The notes beneath the pieces are model-generated. The model searched no databases. It had not been told where the DNA came from and was given only the letters and a program-made list of their open reading frames with translations. Shown here piece after piece: positions 14,892-30,258 of a DNA stretch of 64,000 nucleotides (position 1 is the first letter of the stretch; each line of letters starts with the position of its first letter). The DNA lies in assembly GCF_009914755.1 (NCBI RefSeq), contig NC_060937.1; one strand, written 5' to 3'. Made by a program: the position numbers and the translations under genes. Source of the DNA: the human T2T-CHM13v2.0 reference genome, Homo sapiens.

Positions 14892-16251
14892 TGATGCAAC
14901 CTCTTTTTTGTTATAAAACTGTGAGGCAAGCAGGCCTTCTGCCCTGGGGAAAAGTCACTGGACATTTCACTGATCTCAGCAGTGTCGTTTTCTCTGGTTT
15001 TCAGTCCAGGGATGAATTGGCATGGGAAGTTCAGGCCTTGTCAATGTGAAGGGGTCTATATCTCAGTCCCTTTCAAGTTGGTAACACATCAGGGCATTGC
15101 TATTTGTGTTATCCATTAGTGTTTTCACAAACAGTTAGTTGCCCCACTGGAGAGAAGGGGGAACATCACGACACTGCCTGCCCTACCCCATGAAACCCCC
15201 TCTGTGGCCTTGGAGCCCCAGAGAGTAACTGTTAAATATTCCTGCCTCTCTTCCTGTGGGTATAAAAGAGCTGGCATAATAAACATAAACATAATAAACA
15301 TTTTCTTAATAGAAAATAGTATGCCAACATCAATTCCATTTCAGTGGAAGAAATGCTTTGCCACTCATAACAGCAATGCTTTGGCTATGGAAAATAATAG
15401 GACGCCTCACACTGTATTCGGAATCCTATAAAAACAAAGGAAGCCACTGTGGAAAAAAAACATTAGGGAAGAGATTTCTATTCATATGTAGATCTTCTTT
15501 TAAAATTGAGAACCATTTTCTCTCTCTTAAATGAAGTTTCCCATCACCCACCAACCCCTTGCACAGCCCCTAGAGTCCCATAATGTAGTTTTCTACATGA
15601 GTGATTAGTTTCTTTGTCTATGCAGATTTTGGGGAATTGTCATTTTCTGCCTAAGAAATAAAAGAAAATTTGACTCAGAAGATTAAAAACACATTCTTGC
15701 CTCTTTAATTACAAAGATTTAAAAGCATTGGGCCTCATCCGGACAATAAACTTAGAGTATAAAATACATGTTTGTCCTGCTGGTTAGTGAGCTTGAGAGA
15801 GCACATTTCACCTGCCCCAAACCTCACTGAATGGAGCCTTGCAGGGGCTGGGCACTGACACTCACACGTGCCACATGCCATGTGTTGTCTACTGCGTGTG
15901 CAAGGACAATGACGCTTAACTCCAGAGCCAGGCACTCATAAACGTCAAGAGGCTCTTGGCTTGAGCTATTCAAGGGGTACAAATATAAAACAGTAAATCT
16001 ATTTTTTTGGTGTTTTATGTTTGGGTTTCCTTGTACTCAGATGAACAAGAAAACACTTCTTTTCCACAGGTCTTGGCAAATGAAATGATCAAGAAAGAAA
16101 ATGTGTCCCCATGTGATCAAAAGCAGAGGAAACTGCTAGCTAAATTTAAGATGCTATGTAGCGTAACAACACTAAAAATAGTTCTTTATCAGTCCAATTA
16201 CCCTGGATCATTGAGGATCTCTGTATAGTTATTGAATTATCTAGGTTCTGG

Positions 16252-17080
16252 AGATGGTTAATTTTATGTGTCGACTTAGAAAGTACTTTTGAATGAGATT
16301 ATTATTTAATTCAGTGAACTTTAGGTCCAGCAGATTTCCCCCTATAGAGGGGATGGGCCTCATTCATTCAGCTACAGTCCTGAATAGAACAATAAGACCT
16401 GCATCTCCCAGAGAGAGGGACTTCTCCAGCAGGCTGCCTTTGGACTTTATGTGCACCCCAGCTCTCCTGGGTCTCCAGTGCTGCTGCCCACACTACAGAT
16501 GGTGGGCTTGTCAGCTTCCATAATTATGCGAGCCAATTCCTTATAATAAATTTCTCTCTCTGGCTTGCTGTATGTGTGTGTGTGTCTGTGTCTGTCTTTG
16601 TTTCTTTGTGTGTGTGTTTCTGTGAATGTGTGTGTTGTGTGTGCGCATATGTGTGTGTCTGTTTCTGTGTGTGTGTTGTGAGGTGTGTCTGTGTGTGTGT
16701 TGTGTGTGTACGTATGTGTTTGTGTGTCTGTGTGTGTGTATCTGTGTGTTTCTGTGAGTGTGTGTGTGTGTCTGTGTTTCTGCGTGTGTGTTGTGTGTGT
16801 CTGTGTGAGTTTCTGTGTGTGTGTGGTGTATGTGTCCGTGTGTTGTGTGTGTTTCTGTGTGTTGTGTGTGTGCGTGTATGCGTGTGTGTTTCTGTGTGTG
16901 TGTTGTGTGTGTGTGTTGTGTGTGTGTGTATTGTGTCTGTGTGTGTCTGTGTGTGTGTGTTGTGTGTTGTGTGTGCATGTATGTGTGTGTCTGTGTGTGT
17001 GTGTGCTGTGTGTGTATGCGTGTATATACACACACATATACAACCTATTGGTTCTGTTTCTCTGGAGACTTGTGACTAAT
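16252..17080 (+). mobile_element. MLT2 (ERVL) solo LTR with expanded internal microsatellite
   Basis: gatggttaattttatgtgtc start, tgggcctcattcattcag, gagccaattccttataataaat, and cctattggttctgtttctctggaga...gactaata end. Confidence 0.85.
16570..17025. repeat. Degenerate (TG)n array, about 455 bp
   Basis: TG runs punctuated by recurring tct, ttt and tt interruptions. Confidence 0.95.
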
Positions 17081-17229
17081 AGAGCTCCTTTCCTAGATTT
17101 ACATTTACTTTCTTCAGTGAATTCATACATTTTGTAAGGTGAACTCAGATTAGTGCTTTGCTTTCTTTTTTCTTTAGTGGGAAATTAAGACAATTTATTC
17201 TATATAGCTATTAAAAAATACATGTCATC

Positions 17230-17680
17230 TTCTATTTCAGTTGGGCTTCCAGCAAGAAAGGGAATTCTACTCAAAATAGTTTAACCCAAAAGTGACTACT
17301 TACAGAAATGTAGGCAGAATAAAGGGAATTAACCAGGCATAGTAAGATCCTCAAGGAACTAGCATCAACAGGAAGCTGTTACCACCTGGAGGTCTGAAGC
17401 AGCGAGGAGAAAAAACCATTTGATCAGCGCCCAGGAGGGCTGGAGTCCTGGAGGGACCACCCGGCAGGGGCTGTCACTGAAGAAGGAGGTAACCATAGTC
17501 AGAGTATAACTGAAACAAGGAGCAGTGGGAGAAACAGCCTTATCTTTTTCTCATCCCATGCTCTGACCTCCCATTGGCTGAACCCAACCTGATGTCATGG
17601 CCAAGAGTGGAAAGTTGCCGCACAGAGAGGCCAGCCTCCTGGGCACACAGTAGGCCAGAAGGACTGGATCTGTGTTTGAA
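17230..17680. mobile_element. Ancient LTR fragment (family uncertain)
   Basis: Resembles old LTR motifs (gactacttacaga, aggaagctgttaccac, cctcccattggctgaacccaac); not confidently classified. Confidence 0.4.
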
Positions 17681-18319
17681 AACAGAATAGCTGGCACTCA
17701 TGGGAGAAGCCCCAGAGATTTTGCTAGGCACTAAGAATAGTCCCTCTTCACCTCCAGTGAACTTCCCCAGCTTTGAAGACTGTGTGAACACAGAGCCTGG
17801 ATGACACTTGCTGCCCTGCCCACGTGGATTGACATGGCTTCCTCTCGCTCCACCTCCACCTCCAAGCAGCAGCAGACGAACAGCACCAGACTGACCAGGA
17901 CCTCCTAGGCCATCACAGCCCTGTGACTACTGGACATCTTTTTATCTGTCATTTTATTTCAAGGTGGTGACACATATAGCCATGTGGAAAATGAACAAAA
18001 ACCTCTCTGAAGTGATTTTGAAGGATGAAAAAATTGATAAAAATCAGTCAACTTTTCGTCAAGTTTTTAGGAAGAATGCATGTAAGTAAAAATTCCAGTC
18101 TTCTAGTCAAACAATGAAGCTCACTTTATTTGTCAAAAGAGTCTCCCACAGTTGCCATCTAGCGCTTTTAAAATGATTTGTATCAGGGTGTAGACCCACT
18201 AGGTCTACAACTAGATGACCTGGAAAGCCAATTTTACAAGAACAGAACAGATAAAAGGGGCAAGAAGAAGAAAAGATAGTGAAGCCACAGGGTGAGGGGA
18301 GTGATGGGCCTTGGCCCAT

Positions 18320-18443
18320 ATTTAAGGAGGCGCTCACTTTCAGGGTTGCGCAAGTGTAGAGTTGGCACTGAGAGTCAGTGCCTCCTTAAATTTTGCACCC
18401 TAGGTGTGGATACCTCCCCTGCCTCTCGCTGGTCCTGCCCCTG
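18320..18443. mobile_element. hAT-Tip100-type MITE fragment (MER115/Zaphod-like) with internal inverted repeat
   Basis: 24-bp arms at 18320-18343 and 18368-18391 (3 mismatches), then cctccttaaattttgcaccctagg. Confidence 0.55.
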
Positions 18444-19880
18444 CTGATTTGTCCTCTTCTAAAGAAAGCACCACCCAGCACTGTGCACAGCGCATCCTTT
18501 CTCAATCCTGGAAGGTTGCCCTTTTAGAGAGGCTTCGATGTGATTTCACTCACTGATGTAAAATAAGCTCTTATAAACAAAGAAATGAATTTTCTAGAAC
18601 AGCCATAGAAGATGAGATGGGATAGACAGGCATCCAGCCTGTTGGCAGAGCATGGGGAAAGAGCTAGAAAAGGCATTCAAAAGTTGAGTCTGATCCTGCG
18701 GCACCAAGCACTTAACTGCGAACAAAGCAGGCAGCCAGGGTGAGCAAATGCAAAGGAGCGAAATCCTGATTCTTTACAAAGAAGCCCTACTATTAGAAAT
18801 GCTTCCATTCGTGCATTCCTTTGGGTGAAAGCATCTTATTTTTTCAAAAAGACACTCCTTAAGTTGCAGAAGGGTGGGTGGTACAGTTAAATTGTTAACT
18901 TTATCTGATGAGTTAGTTGTTGAGGTCATTTCTTGTAAAAGAGGAGGTGGGAACTGATGAAGCTACACTTCATAGTCTTCACAATATTTTTTCCCTAAGT
19001 CAAGCACTGAATTCCAGTGGCCCCAACTATGAGCTTGTGGATTGAGGGTGAGACTCGGTTGGCCTAGCTCATTGCTCAACATAGGATTCCATTTGTAGAG
19101 TAGAGACAGGCTGAAGAAACCATGAAGGAATATTTAGATTAAACAAGGCTGAATGTATCTATTCAGTCTCATGGTTATTCCCAGTCACACAGTACAAATA
19201 ACATACTGTAAAGACGTTTGCAAATACACTTCTAAGTTGCTAAATGTTAGTTTTCTGACTTCAGTTTGACTTTGATCCATTCTTACAGATTTTTAGGTAG
19301 TTGGTCTTGCACACGTGATGGTTAGATGGATTGCTCCTTCACTTACACAGAAATACGTGGTCCTCACAGTTTGGCAACAGATGGCTGAAGTTGACAAAAC
19401 CACTAAGAAAACATAATCAATGTGTTAAAACAAAGTTCACTGCTAACATTGAACCCTTTCTTTCATGTTTTGATTCATAAGGTAACAGTGCTCTAATGTG
19501 GAAAAAGAAAACACTGAAAATCATTTAAAAAGCACTAATGCCCCATTTAGCTGTTCAGAGCAGTTTCTTTTATTTTGGATTAAAAGGAGGTAAGTCATGC
19601 TTACTTCTAAGGAAATGGTTACATGTGCAACCTTGAGGGAAAAAAATCGTCAATATGAATGGCATCGTACTGCATCACTGTGAACATAGAATTGTTTTAA
19701 TAATATCTTGTGGTTAAAAATTTGTTAGACAAAATGGTATTAATGACATGTGGAAAAGAATTGAGAAGTAACTATTGTTTACATGAAAGCTATTTAGCTA
19801 CTTATGCTAGCAAATCTCTCAACTTCCATATGACATTCTCCAAATGTAAAGGGAAAATTTACATTCGGATGTCTGCTGAC

Positions 19881-19882
<2 letters not shown>

Positions 19883-19916
<34 letters not shown>

Positions 19917-19921
19917 TGTGT
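19883..19921. repeat. (TG)n microsatellite, about 16 perfect units
   Basis: Direct reading. Confidence 0.95.
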
Positions 19922-21134
19922 ATATAAGGAAGCAGCATGGAGAAGAAAACAGTTCTGGGTAAATGAAATGATTAATAAAAAATTATATATATATATATCA
20001 GATACCACTCTCCTGCTGAATTACAATATCTCGAGAATTATAGAAATAGGAAATCTAGGTAGAAAATCTAGGTACAAAATAATTTCCTGACGTTGACATC
20101 ACAACCGATTCATTTGCTTATTTACATTTAATTAATTAAAATAAGTCTTTGAAAAAAAATTTTTTAAAAAGCCCTTTGTTCTGTGCCCACATCCGTTTGA
20201 GCCTGCAATGGGATGGTCAGAAGGCCCCGGGTGAGATAACCGTGCTGCAGTTCACAGAAGCACACATGCATGTCTGTCATTGTCTCTGTTCGACACCTTC
20301 CCCGACTCCCCTATGATTGCAAGTGTTTCTGTCATGATAGAGAAGGTGCAGAGCAGGGCATGCTACGACCTCGGAGTCCTGACCGGGAGGTACGGGGCAG
20401 CACTAGCAACGCCTGCGGGAAGAGCTTCCTCTGGGTACCTCAGGCCTCCATGACTGGCTGTGCTTCCAGAAATTGAATTGTGACAGTATTTACCTGGGGA
20501 TTCCAAGGGAGGAAAGGATCACATCACCTGTGAGCTTGCTTAACATGAAAGTGACTCTCACCATCCAGAGTAAGGAAATAGAAGGCCACCATAAAGTGAC
20601 ACAGAAGTGTGACAATGAAAGAGAGGAAAGCAATGAAAATAATTCCAGAGAAACTGAAATTCTTCCATACGGCATCCAGTCTTTCTAAAAGTTTAAAGAT
20701 CCTGTAATTTCTGTGTCATCTATAAATAATCCCCAGGTCCTTAAAGATCATACACGAGTCAGTGTAGTGAACTGTGGTCCATGTTTCTCTTATTTTTTTC
20801 TTGTCTTCTAATAATATCATTAAGTAACTCTGAAACATCTTTACTGAGAAAGAGAGCACAGTGACCTTAATTTGAATCATTTAGGTATATCATAAGGCAG
20901 CTATGCTATTTAGGTCATATGAGATAATCTCCTATGAGATATGAGAAACATACACTCAAATTACATACAGCAGTGATAACAATGACATGCATTGACTGCT
21001 TAATCTATGTCAGACAGTTCTATGTGCACCAATTATGTTAACTAGTTTAAAGAGAGGGAACAAGCATCACGGAAAATACAAGTTTTACTGTTGGCAAAGT
21101 TTATGTTTATCTTATTAGATTTAATAATTCCAGA

Positions 21135-22200
<1,066 letters not shown>

Positions 22201-23243
22201 CAGAGGAATTCATGCCCAGAATTTTTGAAAGCGCACTAGAATGTTTGATGAGGGAAGTGGAAAGGGACTGGTTGCAAGGATCAAAAGGAATAAACAAGTA
22301 AGTAAAACAAAAGGGAAAAACACCTGTGGGGTCTCAACCCAATTCTATTTAATAAACACTTCTTAAGGCTCTACTCTTTCCAGACGTTTTATTTGAACAT
22401 GTTCTTTCCGGTGGTATATGAGCCTAATTTGATTTATGAACACAAGATAATGAGACTTTATAACTTTAGATAGAAAATTGCATGTGCCACAAGAACAGAG
22501 AGAAAAACGAAAATTAATTGCTGGAGAAAAGTATTTTCTAAGTGCTTAGATGATAAGATAAAGTGATATGTAATAAATGAGATTCCATCTTTAATGTAAC
22601 TTTTATCTCAAGTGATGCCAGAAACCATTAAAAACCAAGAAATATAATTAAAAATAAGCTGTAACATAAAATAATGTTATGGATTTGGAGAAGATTAAAT
22701 GTTATTTAAATTGTTTGTACAGTTAACCTTCTATGGAAAATAAAACTTTAGAGGTATACTTAGATATTTCTGTTTATGAGTCCCTAGTTGCTATGAACTC
22801 CACGCGTTGTAATAAAACGAATTCTTAGGCCCTCCCCCGCCCAAATCACTCATTAAACAAATATTTATTAAACACCTACCATGTGCCAGATACTGGGCCT
22901 TAATGACGATTTTACACCATAGCTTCCAAATTCATATCTTTACCTGGGACTTCTTTGAATTCCAAACTCATAGCACAGTTATTACTGCTTGACTGTTTCA
23001 AAGGTATCACAAACCCAACACCTTCAAAACCAAACTCATGATTCATCCCCTAAAACTATTGTTCTTCTTTCCATTTTTTCCTCTGACAATGCCCCACCAT
23101 CCATCCGCTTGGCACAAGCCAGACACTAAGTGGTCATCTTTGGCGTCTCTCCCTGCCACTTCTCTTAGCTAGTCGCTTCCCAAACTCTTGTTGGTTTTAT
23201 TTTTTATATATTTCTCGAATTTATCACTTTCTCCCATCTTTAG

Positions 23244-23600
<357 letters not shown>

Positions 23601-24767
23601 TGACAGGACTCTCTGGTCTGCCCAGCTCTCCTCCTCATTCTCTACACTGAAGTCAACTCTGTTCATGCCATTCCTTGTTCCTCTTCCCCCCTTAAAAATC
23701 AATGTCTCTTAAGTTGAAGAAAAAGTTCTTTAAGGTGGCCTGTGATGCATTCATGGTATGCTCCTCCCCATCTTCCTAGCCTCATCTCATTCCACCCTCT
23801 CTCTTACTCTTTTTGCCCTCCCCCACTGGCCTGTGAGTCTCTTGTATGTATCATGCTGCCTCCTGCCACAGGATCTTTGCACATGCTATTTTCCTAGCAT
23901 CATCAGGATGCTCTCTTTCCCTCTCTTCTGTCTTTTTTTCTCTCTCTTTTTTTTGCATAGTTAATCCATTTGCTCATAAATATTTATTGAGGACCTACTA
24001 CATGCCAGGCACTGATGTAGGTGCTGGAGATTCAGTGATGAAATAAACTCTCTTAATTCTTGAAGGTTTCACTTTGGTGAGTTGATCTTAGACTGGTGGA
24101 TTAACTCTGATTCAGCTCAACTTTCTAGTTTTGGGGAAGTCCGATCCCCCAAACTAGATCAGACGTCCTTGTTCCAAGTTCTCAGACCCCATGTGCTCCT
24201 TCCTAGTACTTAGCACAGCTTGAACTTACTCATTTACTTGAGGGTTTATTTGAATGTCTGACTCACCCATTGGTCGGTAGGTTTCGCCAGGGCACAGGCA
24301 CTTCTGGGTTTGCTCATCACAGTATCCTTGGGCCTGTCACAGTGCCAGGTGCGTAGAAGATGTTTGATATAGTAAATATTTACTGATTGAATGAAATGTA
24401 AATAGAAAAATGGCCACTGCCCTGAGGCTATCCAGGGAAGATGACGGATGGATACACAAATGGCACGTCAGAGGAATGATGCTCAGAAGTGCTGTGTACA
24501 TGAAAGCTGGAACAACACCTAAAGTCCCTCGTTTCTTTCTTTGTTTTTTAAAACTGGAAGACAAGTACATTTATACACTGAGAATGAACAGCCAGTGGAG
24601 AGACAAAACAGATACAAGAGGGAAAGACAGTGCTGGGGACAGCTTCCCTGGAGAGAGGGCAAGGAAGAGGTCTAGAGCCCTGTGGAGGGACAGCTGTGTG
24701 GCTGGCAGTGGGCGAGGAGCTCTGCCTGGTGGCATTGACGCCTTTGCGGAGTCTTAGGCTAGATATT

Positions 24768-25735
24768 TACTGCCCAGTATGGTAGCTGCTCACCACAGGT
24801 GACTACTGAGCAGTTTAAATGTGGCCAGTATGCAGGAGATGCACTCTAGGTGCAAAATGCACATCATGTTTTAAAGACTTGTACAAAAAAGTGTAATATG
24901 TCTCATTAATAATTGTATGTATTAATTACTTGTTGAAGTGATGATGCAATCTATTTTCATTTTTCCAGGGAGTGAATTATGTTCTATCAAGTCACTGTGA
25001 ACACTGAATTAGTGAATACTTACCCATCACTCCAAGAGGAAATACAAGGCTAGGTTCCTACAGCAAGCCTCTGTCACAACATTTTCATCAACTGATCAAC
25101 ATGTAACTTTGTTTTTCATGTTTCTGTTTAAAGACAACTTATTTAATCTATCTTGTTGATTTATTAACACTGAACTGACAGTCAACAGTACTATAACTCA
25201 TGCCTGAATGAAGCTTCTCCAACACACGTATTTTCTCCATAAGGTACATCACAGCCTTCTTGTGCTTAGGAGCCTTCACAGCTTAGGAATCCCGGACAGT
25301 ACTTCAGCAGTATGCTCGGAGACTAAAAAGGAGCACAAAAATGTAGAAAACATGGCACTACCTAGACCCTAAAAAGGACGCTTGCTTACAGCACGAGAGT
25401 TGAAACAAGAGGCAGCGCACCGCCTTGCTGGACCTCAGCTGGGAGCGTGCATGTTGGGCGACTCAAGCTTTTCACCACTCTGCATGTCGGCAAATGGACA
25501 CAAAAATGCTGCAGGTATTGATTTTGGGGTTACAAACACATTTTTATGAGTAGATGAATTTGCAAATACAGAATCAGTGGACAATGAATATTGACTATAC
25601 CTTGGGTGAAATAGAGCATATTATAAGAAGTAATTTCACCTGTTTCTTTTTACATTTTAAAAATTCAGCTGCTAGTAAATTTAAAGTTTTATACGTGGTT
25701 CACTTTCTATTCCTATTGGACTGCCGTGGTCTAGA
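24768..25735. mobile_element. MER33-like hAT-Charlie element interrupted by MER82
   Basis: tatggtagctgct..ccacaggtgactactgagca start and ctattggactgccgtggtctaga end. Confidence 0.7.
24948..25597 (-). mobile_element. MER82 (TcMar-Tigger)
   Basis: gacctcagctgggagcgtgcatgttgggcgactcaa and gtattgattttggggttacaaa match the MER82 consensus in reverse. Confidence 0.8.
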
Positions 25736-28700
25736 TTATTATTGAGAGAGAGAATCAGAAATGGGTCAGACAGTCTTAAAGGGAATGAGGAGGGTGGTAC
25801 TGTCTTAGACCAGAACACGCCAAGTGCTTGCTCGGACCTGGCAACACTTCAATGCTTTTTGAAGCAACTTCCTCAAAAATGTCTAAGGCCACCCTTCTGG
25901 TGCCTGGGAGAGGCTGCAGTGCTCTTTGGGTGGGGCTTGTGAGCCCTGATTGGACTCTTGTGGGTCCCATGGTTCTCCCCTTTCGGGCGCTCTCCAAAAC
26001 TCAACCCCATTCCCCACACAAGGGATTCGCCAGATGACCAAGGAGCTCGGAGCTCGCGCCCATGGGGCTATCCTGGGGTACTACAGGAGAGCAGCCTCTC
26101 AAGTGAATACCCTTTGCTGTCTGCCATGATCTTTTTTTCTTGGATCATGTGGGATTGGGCCACCGGAATGATGCTAATTTGAGGTGACTCACTCACATAA
26201 GACCCAGGATCATGACTCTTCACAAGTACTGATTGGACAAGAAACGAGTACAAATAAATAAATGCCTTTTCTCTACCCATTGTTCTAAGTCTTCACTGAT
26301 AAATCACTATACCTCACATGAGCCCATGCATTTTATAATACATGAAAATCACATTGTTTATATAGACAAGGTCCCTGAAAAAAAAATTAGTTGTCTGCTA
26401 GGCAGCCTTGGGTGAAGACGTGGAATGGCCATGGTGGGGGATAGAGGTGACTGGTCAGATATGCACAAAAGGGCTGCAAGCAAGGTGGATGGGTTAGAGA
26501 CAGAAACTGGGGGCTCTGGCTGGATGTACAGAACTTTAGAACATTAGAGAATTAGGGAAGTCAGGGAAAATGTGTTCTTATCCTACAAACTATCCTCTAA
26601 ACTTCAAGTCAATTAATAACTGACTCCTAAGTCTAGCTCATTGCCCTGGGTCAAGGTCATTCCAGCTTTGCTCCTAGAATCCTTCCGGGCACCTCTGGCA
26701 TGAGAAGGGGCTGGGGTCTGTGTTCTGCCCATCCTTCAGGTGTATTTCAGTGGTTCAAGAATGAATAGAAAAGGCTCCTTTTGAGAAAAAGGAGTCTTCA
26801 CCTCAAATCAAGTCTGAATCACCTAAAATTGCCCTAGGTCCTGTAACTAAAAATCGAGGAGGCTGAGGAGAGAAGGACTCCCAGGATGGCTGGAGCTGGA
26901 GGTAGCAGTGTAGTTGTGCTGAGCTCAGCAAGGTGCCTCTTCTGGGGCATGCTGGCCCAGATTAAGAATGAGCTATGAATTAGGTGACTATCTCAAGTGC
27001 TTCCTACATGGGAAAGCACTTTAGGTTTAAAGTGTTCTAGATTCTCACTCACATTAAATTCTTGGAGATTCCCTCTTAATGCTGCTACATGAATATTTTA
27101 TAGATGTGAGATTACTGTGTGCAGGAGATGGTATTTATATCAGATTTGATGAGCAAAAAAGAAAATTAAAATATGAAATTATCTGTTTTCCTTAGATGGC
27201 TACTTTAAAATGCAGATCAATATGTTCTTGCAGTTTCTTAAAATTATTTCTTCTCTTGGACACATCTGTTCTTTCTTACCTCATTCCTTTTTTGTTTTGC
27301 AATATAACACAATTTAAGGAAATGCACTTGGAATCTAAGCTGCTAGAATTTTTGTACATACAGAGTAATCATCTTCATAGTTTTTATTCCTTTTTGGGTG
27401 TTTGTAGAAAAATACTTTCATTAAAATGAGTTTTAAATTTCTTTATATTTTTATTTCAGTTAGTGGCTTTCCATAAAAATTGCCCAAACAGTGAATGTGA
27501 CAGAGTATATACTGTAAAAAATGTTTTATTTCTTATCAGGTTTAAAGTAAATATCTCTATTGTCTTATCAGGTATAATTATGTTCTTTCTTGTACTACAC
27601 GAAATTCCTCTCTCTACTGCACATAATTTTATGTACATGCATCTTTGGAAACTGTCATTCTATACCTTTTAAAGCAAACTCACTTTTGAATTCAGCAAAC
27701 TCACCTTGCTGAATTATTATTATTTAATATATACATCACAGCCTTGATTTCTTGGTGCCTATTTTCTAGGGAGACATAAAACAAATGTGACTCATACTCA
27801 CCTTATTTGAACACATTATCTTTAATTTAAAAGTTATATTAAAATTAGTTTTGCCACTTTTTTCATGAACTATGATTATTCTAAAATTCGACTTGCCTCC
27901 TCTTGCCTTTGATGCTTCAGCCACTGCTGTTGACAGAGTGTTCCCACCAAAGGCAGTGAGAATAATTTGCTCATTAATGCACGCAACACTATCAGTTTTT
28001 CCACACTGATACTCTGTGTTCTCTTTGTAACACGGTCTGATGTCTTATTAAGTTTCTGGTCAACTTCCTCTATTCAGCAGATGTTTTCATTAGGCTGCCT
28101 GTGATGATTCCTATGGCTTTGCCTATGAGGTTTTGGTTAATTCCAAAGCTATTGGTACACATAAATGGCTTACATTTTTTTTTTTTACCCTGAAATAAAT
28201 GACTTCGTGAATCTTGAATCTCGTCAGGCAACATGCCAATCAAGAGTCAGTTTCACTTTGTGTTCTCCACTCTTAATTTAAAACAATGATGCGGCCCTGG
28301 CAGATTCTGGTACTTCCTAGAACTTACCTGAGATATCCGGCAGCATTTTATGTGTATCAGCTTTGCAATGCAATGACCACCACCTTCACCCTGTGATTTT
28401 TTCATTCTGCTCTCTGACTTCTTTTGCAGCTGTTCACAATAGCAGCTGCTTGGCTATCTTGCAAACTTGTTGCAGATGTTTTTACTTCCTTTTTTTTCAG
28501 ATGATAAAACGAATAATCTAGAAAATTTGGAAAATATCAAAAGAACAAAGAAAAAATTAAAATAACTTATAATCATACCACAAGGAGAAAAGTTCTGTGG
28601 TTTCAGGGGTGGAGCCCACTGAGGGCAGACATTGGCATCTCCCCTGCTGGGCATTACCAGTCCTTCACATGCCTTCACCAGCAGTGGGCAAGGTCTGGGA

Positions 28701-29807
28701 AGCAGGAGCAGGAGAACATGCTGGAAGCCGTGCAGTGACTACACCCAAGAGATGTGAGCACACGTGAAGGTCCCTTTTGGAAGGACTCTTAAAGGGGAGT
28801 TGCAGATTCTGCATCTGCAGGTCGGAAGCCAGAACAGAAACTATGGCATAGAAATACCAGTGTGACAGCATAACTGTAGACTGGTAACATCTGCAATGTT
28901 CCAGTTACATATTTCTTCATCTCTCATATGTTCTCTATTAAAATTTGGATATATTTTGTGTATACTACTTTGTAACCTTCTCTTTTTCAATTAATAGTAG
29001 TATTCTCCCATACTATTTAGTACCTTATTTTAAAAGGCTTAAGTTTATAAAGAAATTATCAGAAAAAGGGAGTCCATCCTGTCAGTAGCCTCTCTGGACA
29101 TAAATGACTTTGCATCACCAAAATTTAGTATATAGGGAAGATAAAACAGGAAGAGGAGAGGATACCTGCGTACCTCTTTATTTGAAAGTAATTGACATTC
29201 ATAATGAATGAACACACAGTGACTGAGTTCCCATTCCTTAGACAGTGGTGTAGGAAGAGCAAAACATTTAACAACAGATTTTGCCTTAAGAAACTACAAA
29301 TCTAGTTTGGGATACAAGATTAGAACTTATAAAAAAATTAAATAATACGAGAGTTAAGTTGTACTAAATAGTAGCATAAAATATTTCCCAGGAAAGTGCA
29401 TGCTAATGAGTACTCCAGGCAGGAGTGAGTCATGAAATAATCACTGCTGGAAAGAACCTTTGGAATCATGTTGCCCAAAATTTTCATTTGTACCCCTAGG
29501 TTGGCACACATGACATTTGGTTATTGTTTGCTGTCTCTTCCTCCACCCAGGACCCCCAGCACCCCCAGCCCCTTGAGGGTAAGGGCTTGGCCCGGGCATC
29601 GCCACAGATCAGGGAAAAACTCATTTTAAGCACTCAGTAAAGTTTGTGGAAGTCACTATTTATCAATTCAACTAATGTCATCAGGAAAGTCGTATGATAC
29701 TTTGAAGGTGTTTTCAGCTTGGATAACTGTGGGGATAGAGGTCACAATAATGAACCTAGGGAAGCCAGAGGATAAACTGGTTTTGGAGTAAAATCATGAC
29801 TGGCATC

Positions 29808-30258
29808 TGTATTAGTTCCCAGGGCCGCCATAACAAAGTACCACAAACTGGGTGGCTTAAACAACAAAAGTTTATGCTCTCACAGTTATAGATGCTGGAA
29901 TTCTGAAATCAAGGTGTCAGCAGGGCCTGCTCCCTCTGAGGTTCCAGGTGGAATCCTTTGTTGCCTTTGCCTGGCATCTGATGGCTCTTGGCAATCATTG
30001 GCGGTCCTTGACTTGCAGCTGCATGGCTCCAATCTCTGCTTCCATCATCACATGGTCTTTTTCCCTGTGTGTCTGTCTCTTCTTCTCTCCTCATAAGGAC
30101 AGCAGTCATATTGGATGAAGGGCCTAACTACTCCAGTATGACCTCATCTTAACAAATTACAACTGCAATGATCCTATTTCCAAATATGATCACATTCTGA
30201 GGTACTAAGGGTTAGGACTTCAACCTATCTTTTGGAGAACAAATTCCGATCCATTACT
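29808..30258 (-). mobile_element. MLT1C-like MaLR solo LTR
   Basis: tgtattagttcccagggccgccataacaaagtaccacaaactgggtggcttaaacaac...ggttaggacttcaac. Confidence 0.9.

Noticed and set aside
16447-17137. Six overlapping His/Thr- and Cys/Val-rich ORFs
   Set aside because: Translations of the TG/CA array, not genes.
18320-18391. 24-bp hairpin resembling a pre-miRNA
   Set aside because: Better explained as the internal inverted repeat of a hAT MITE.
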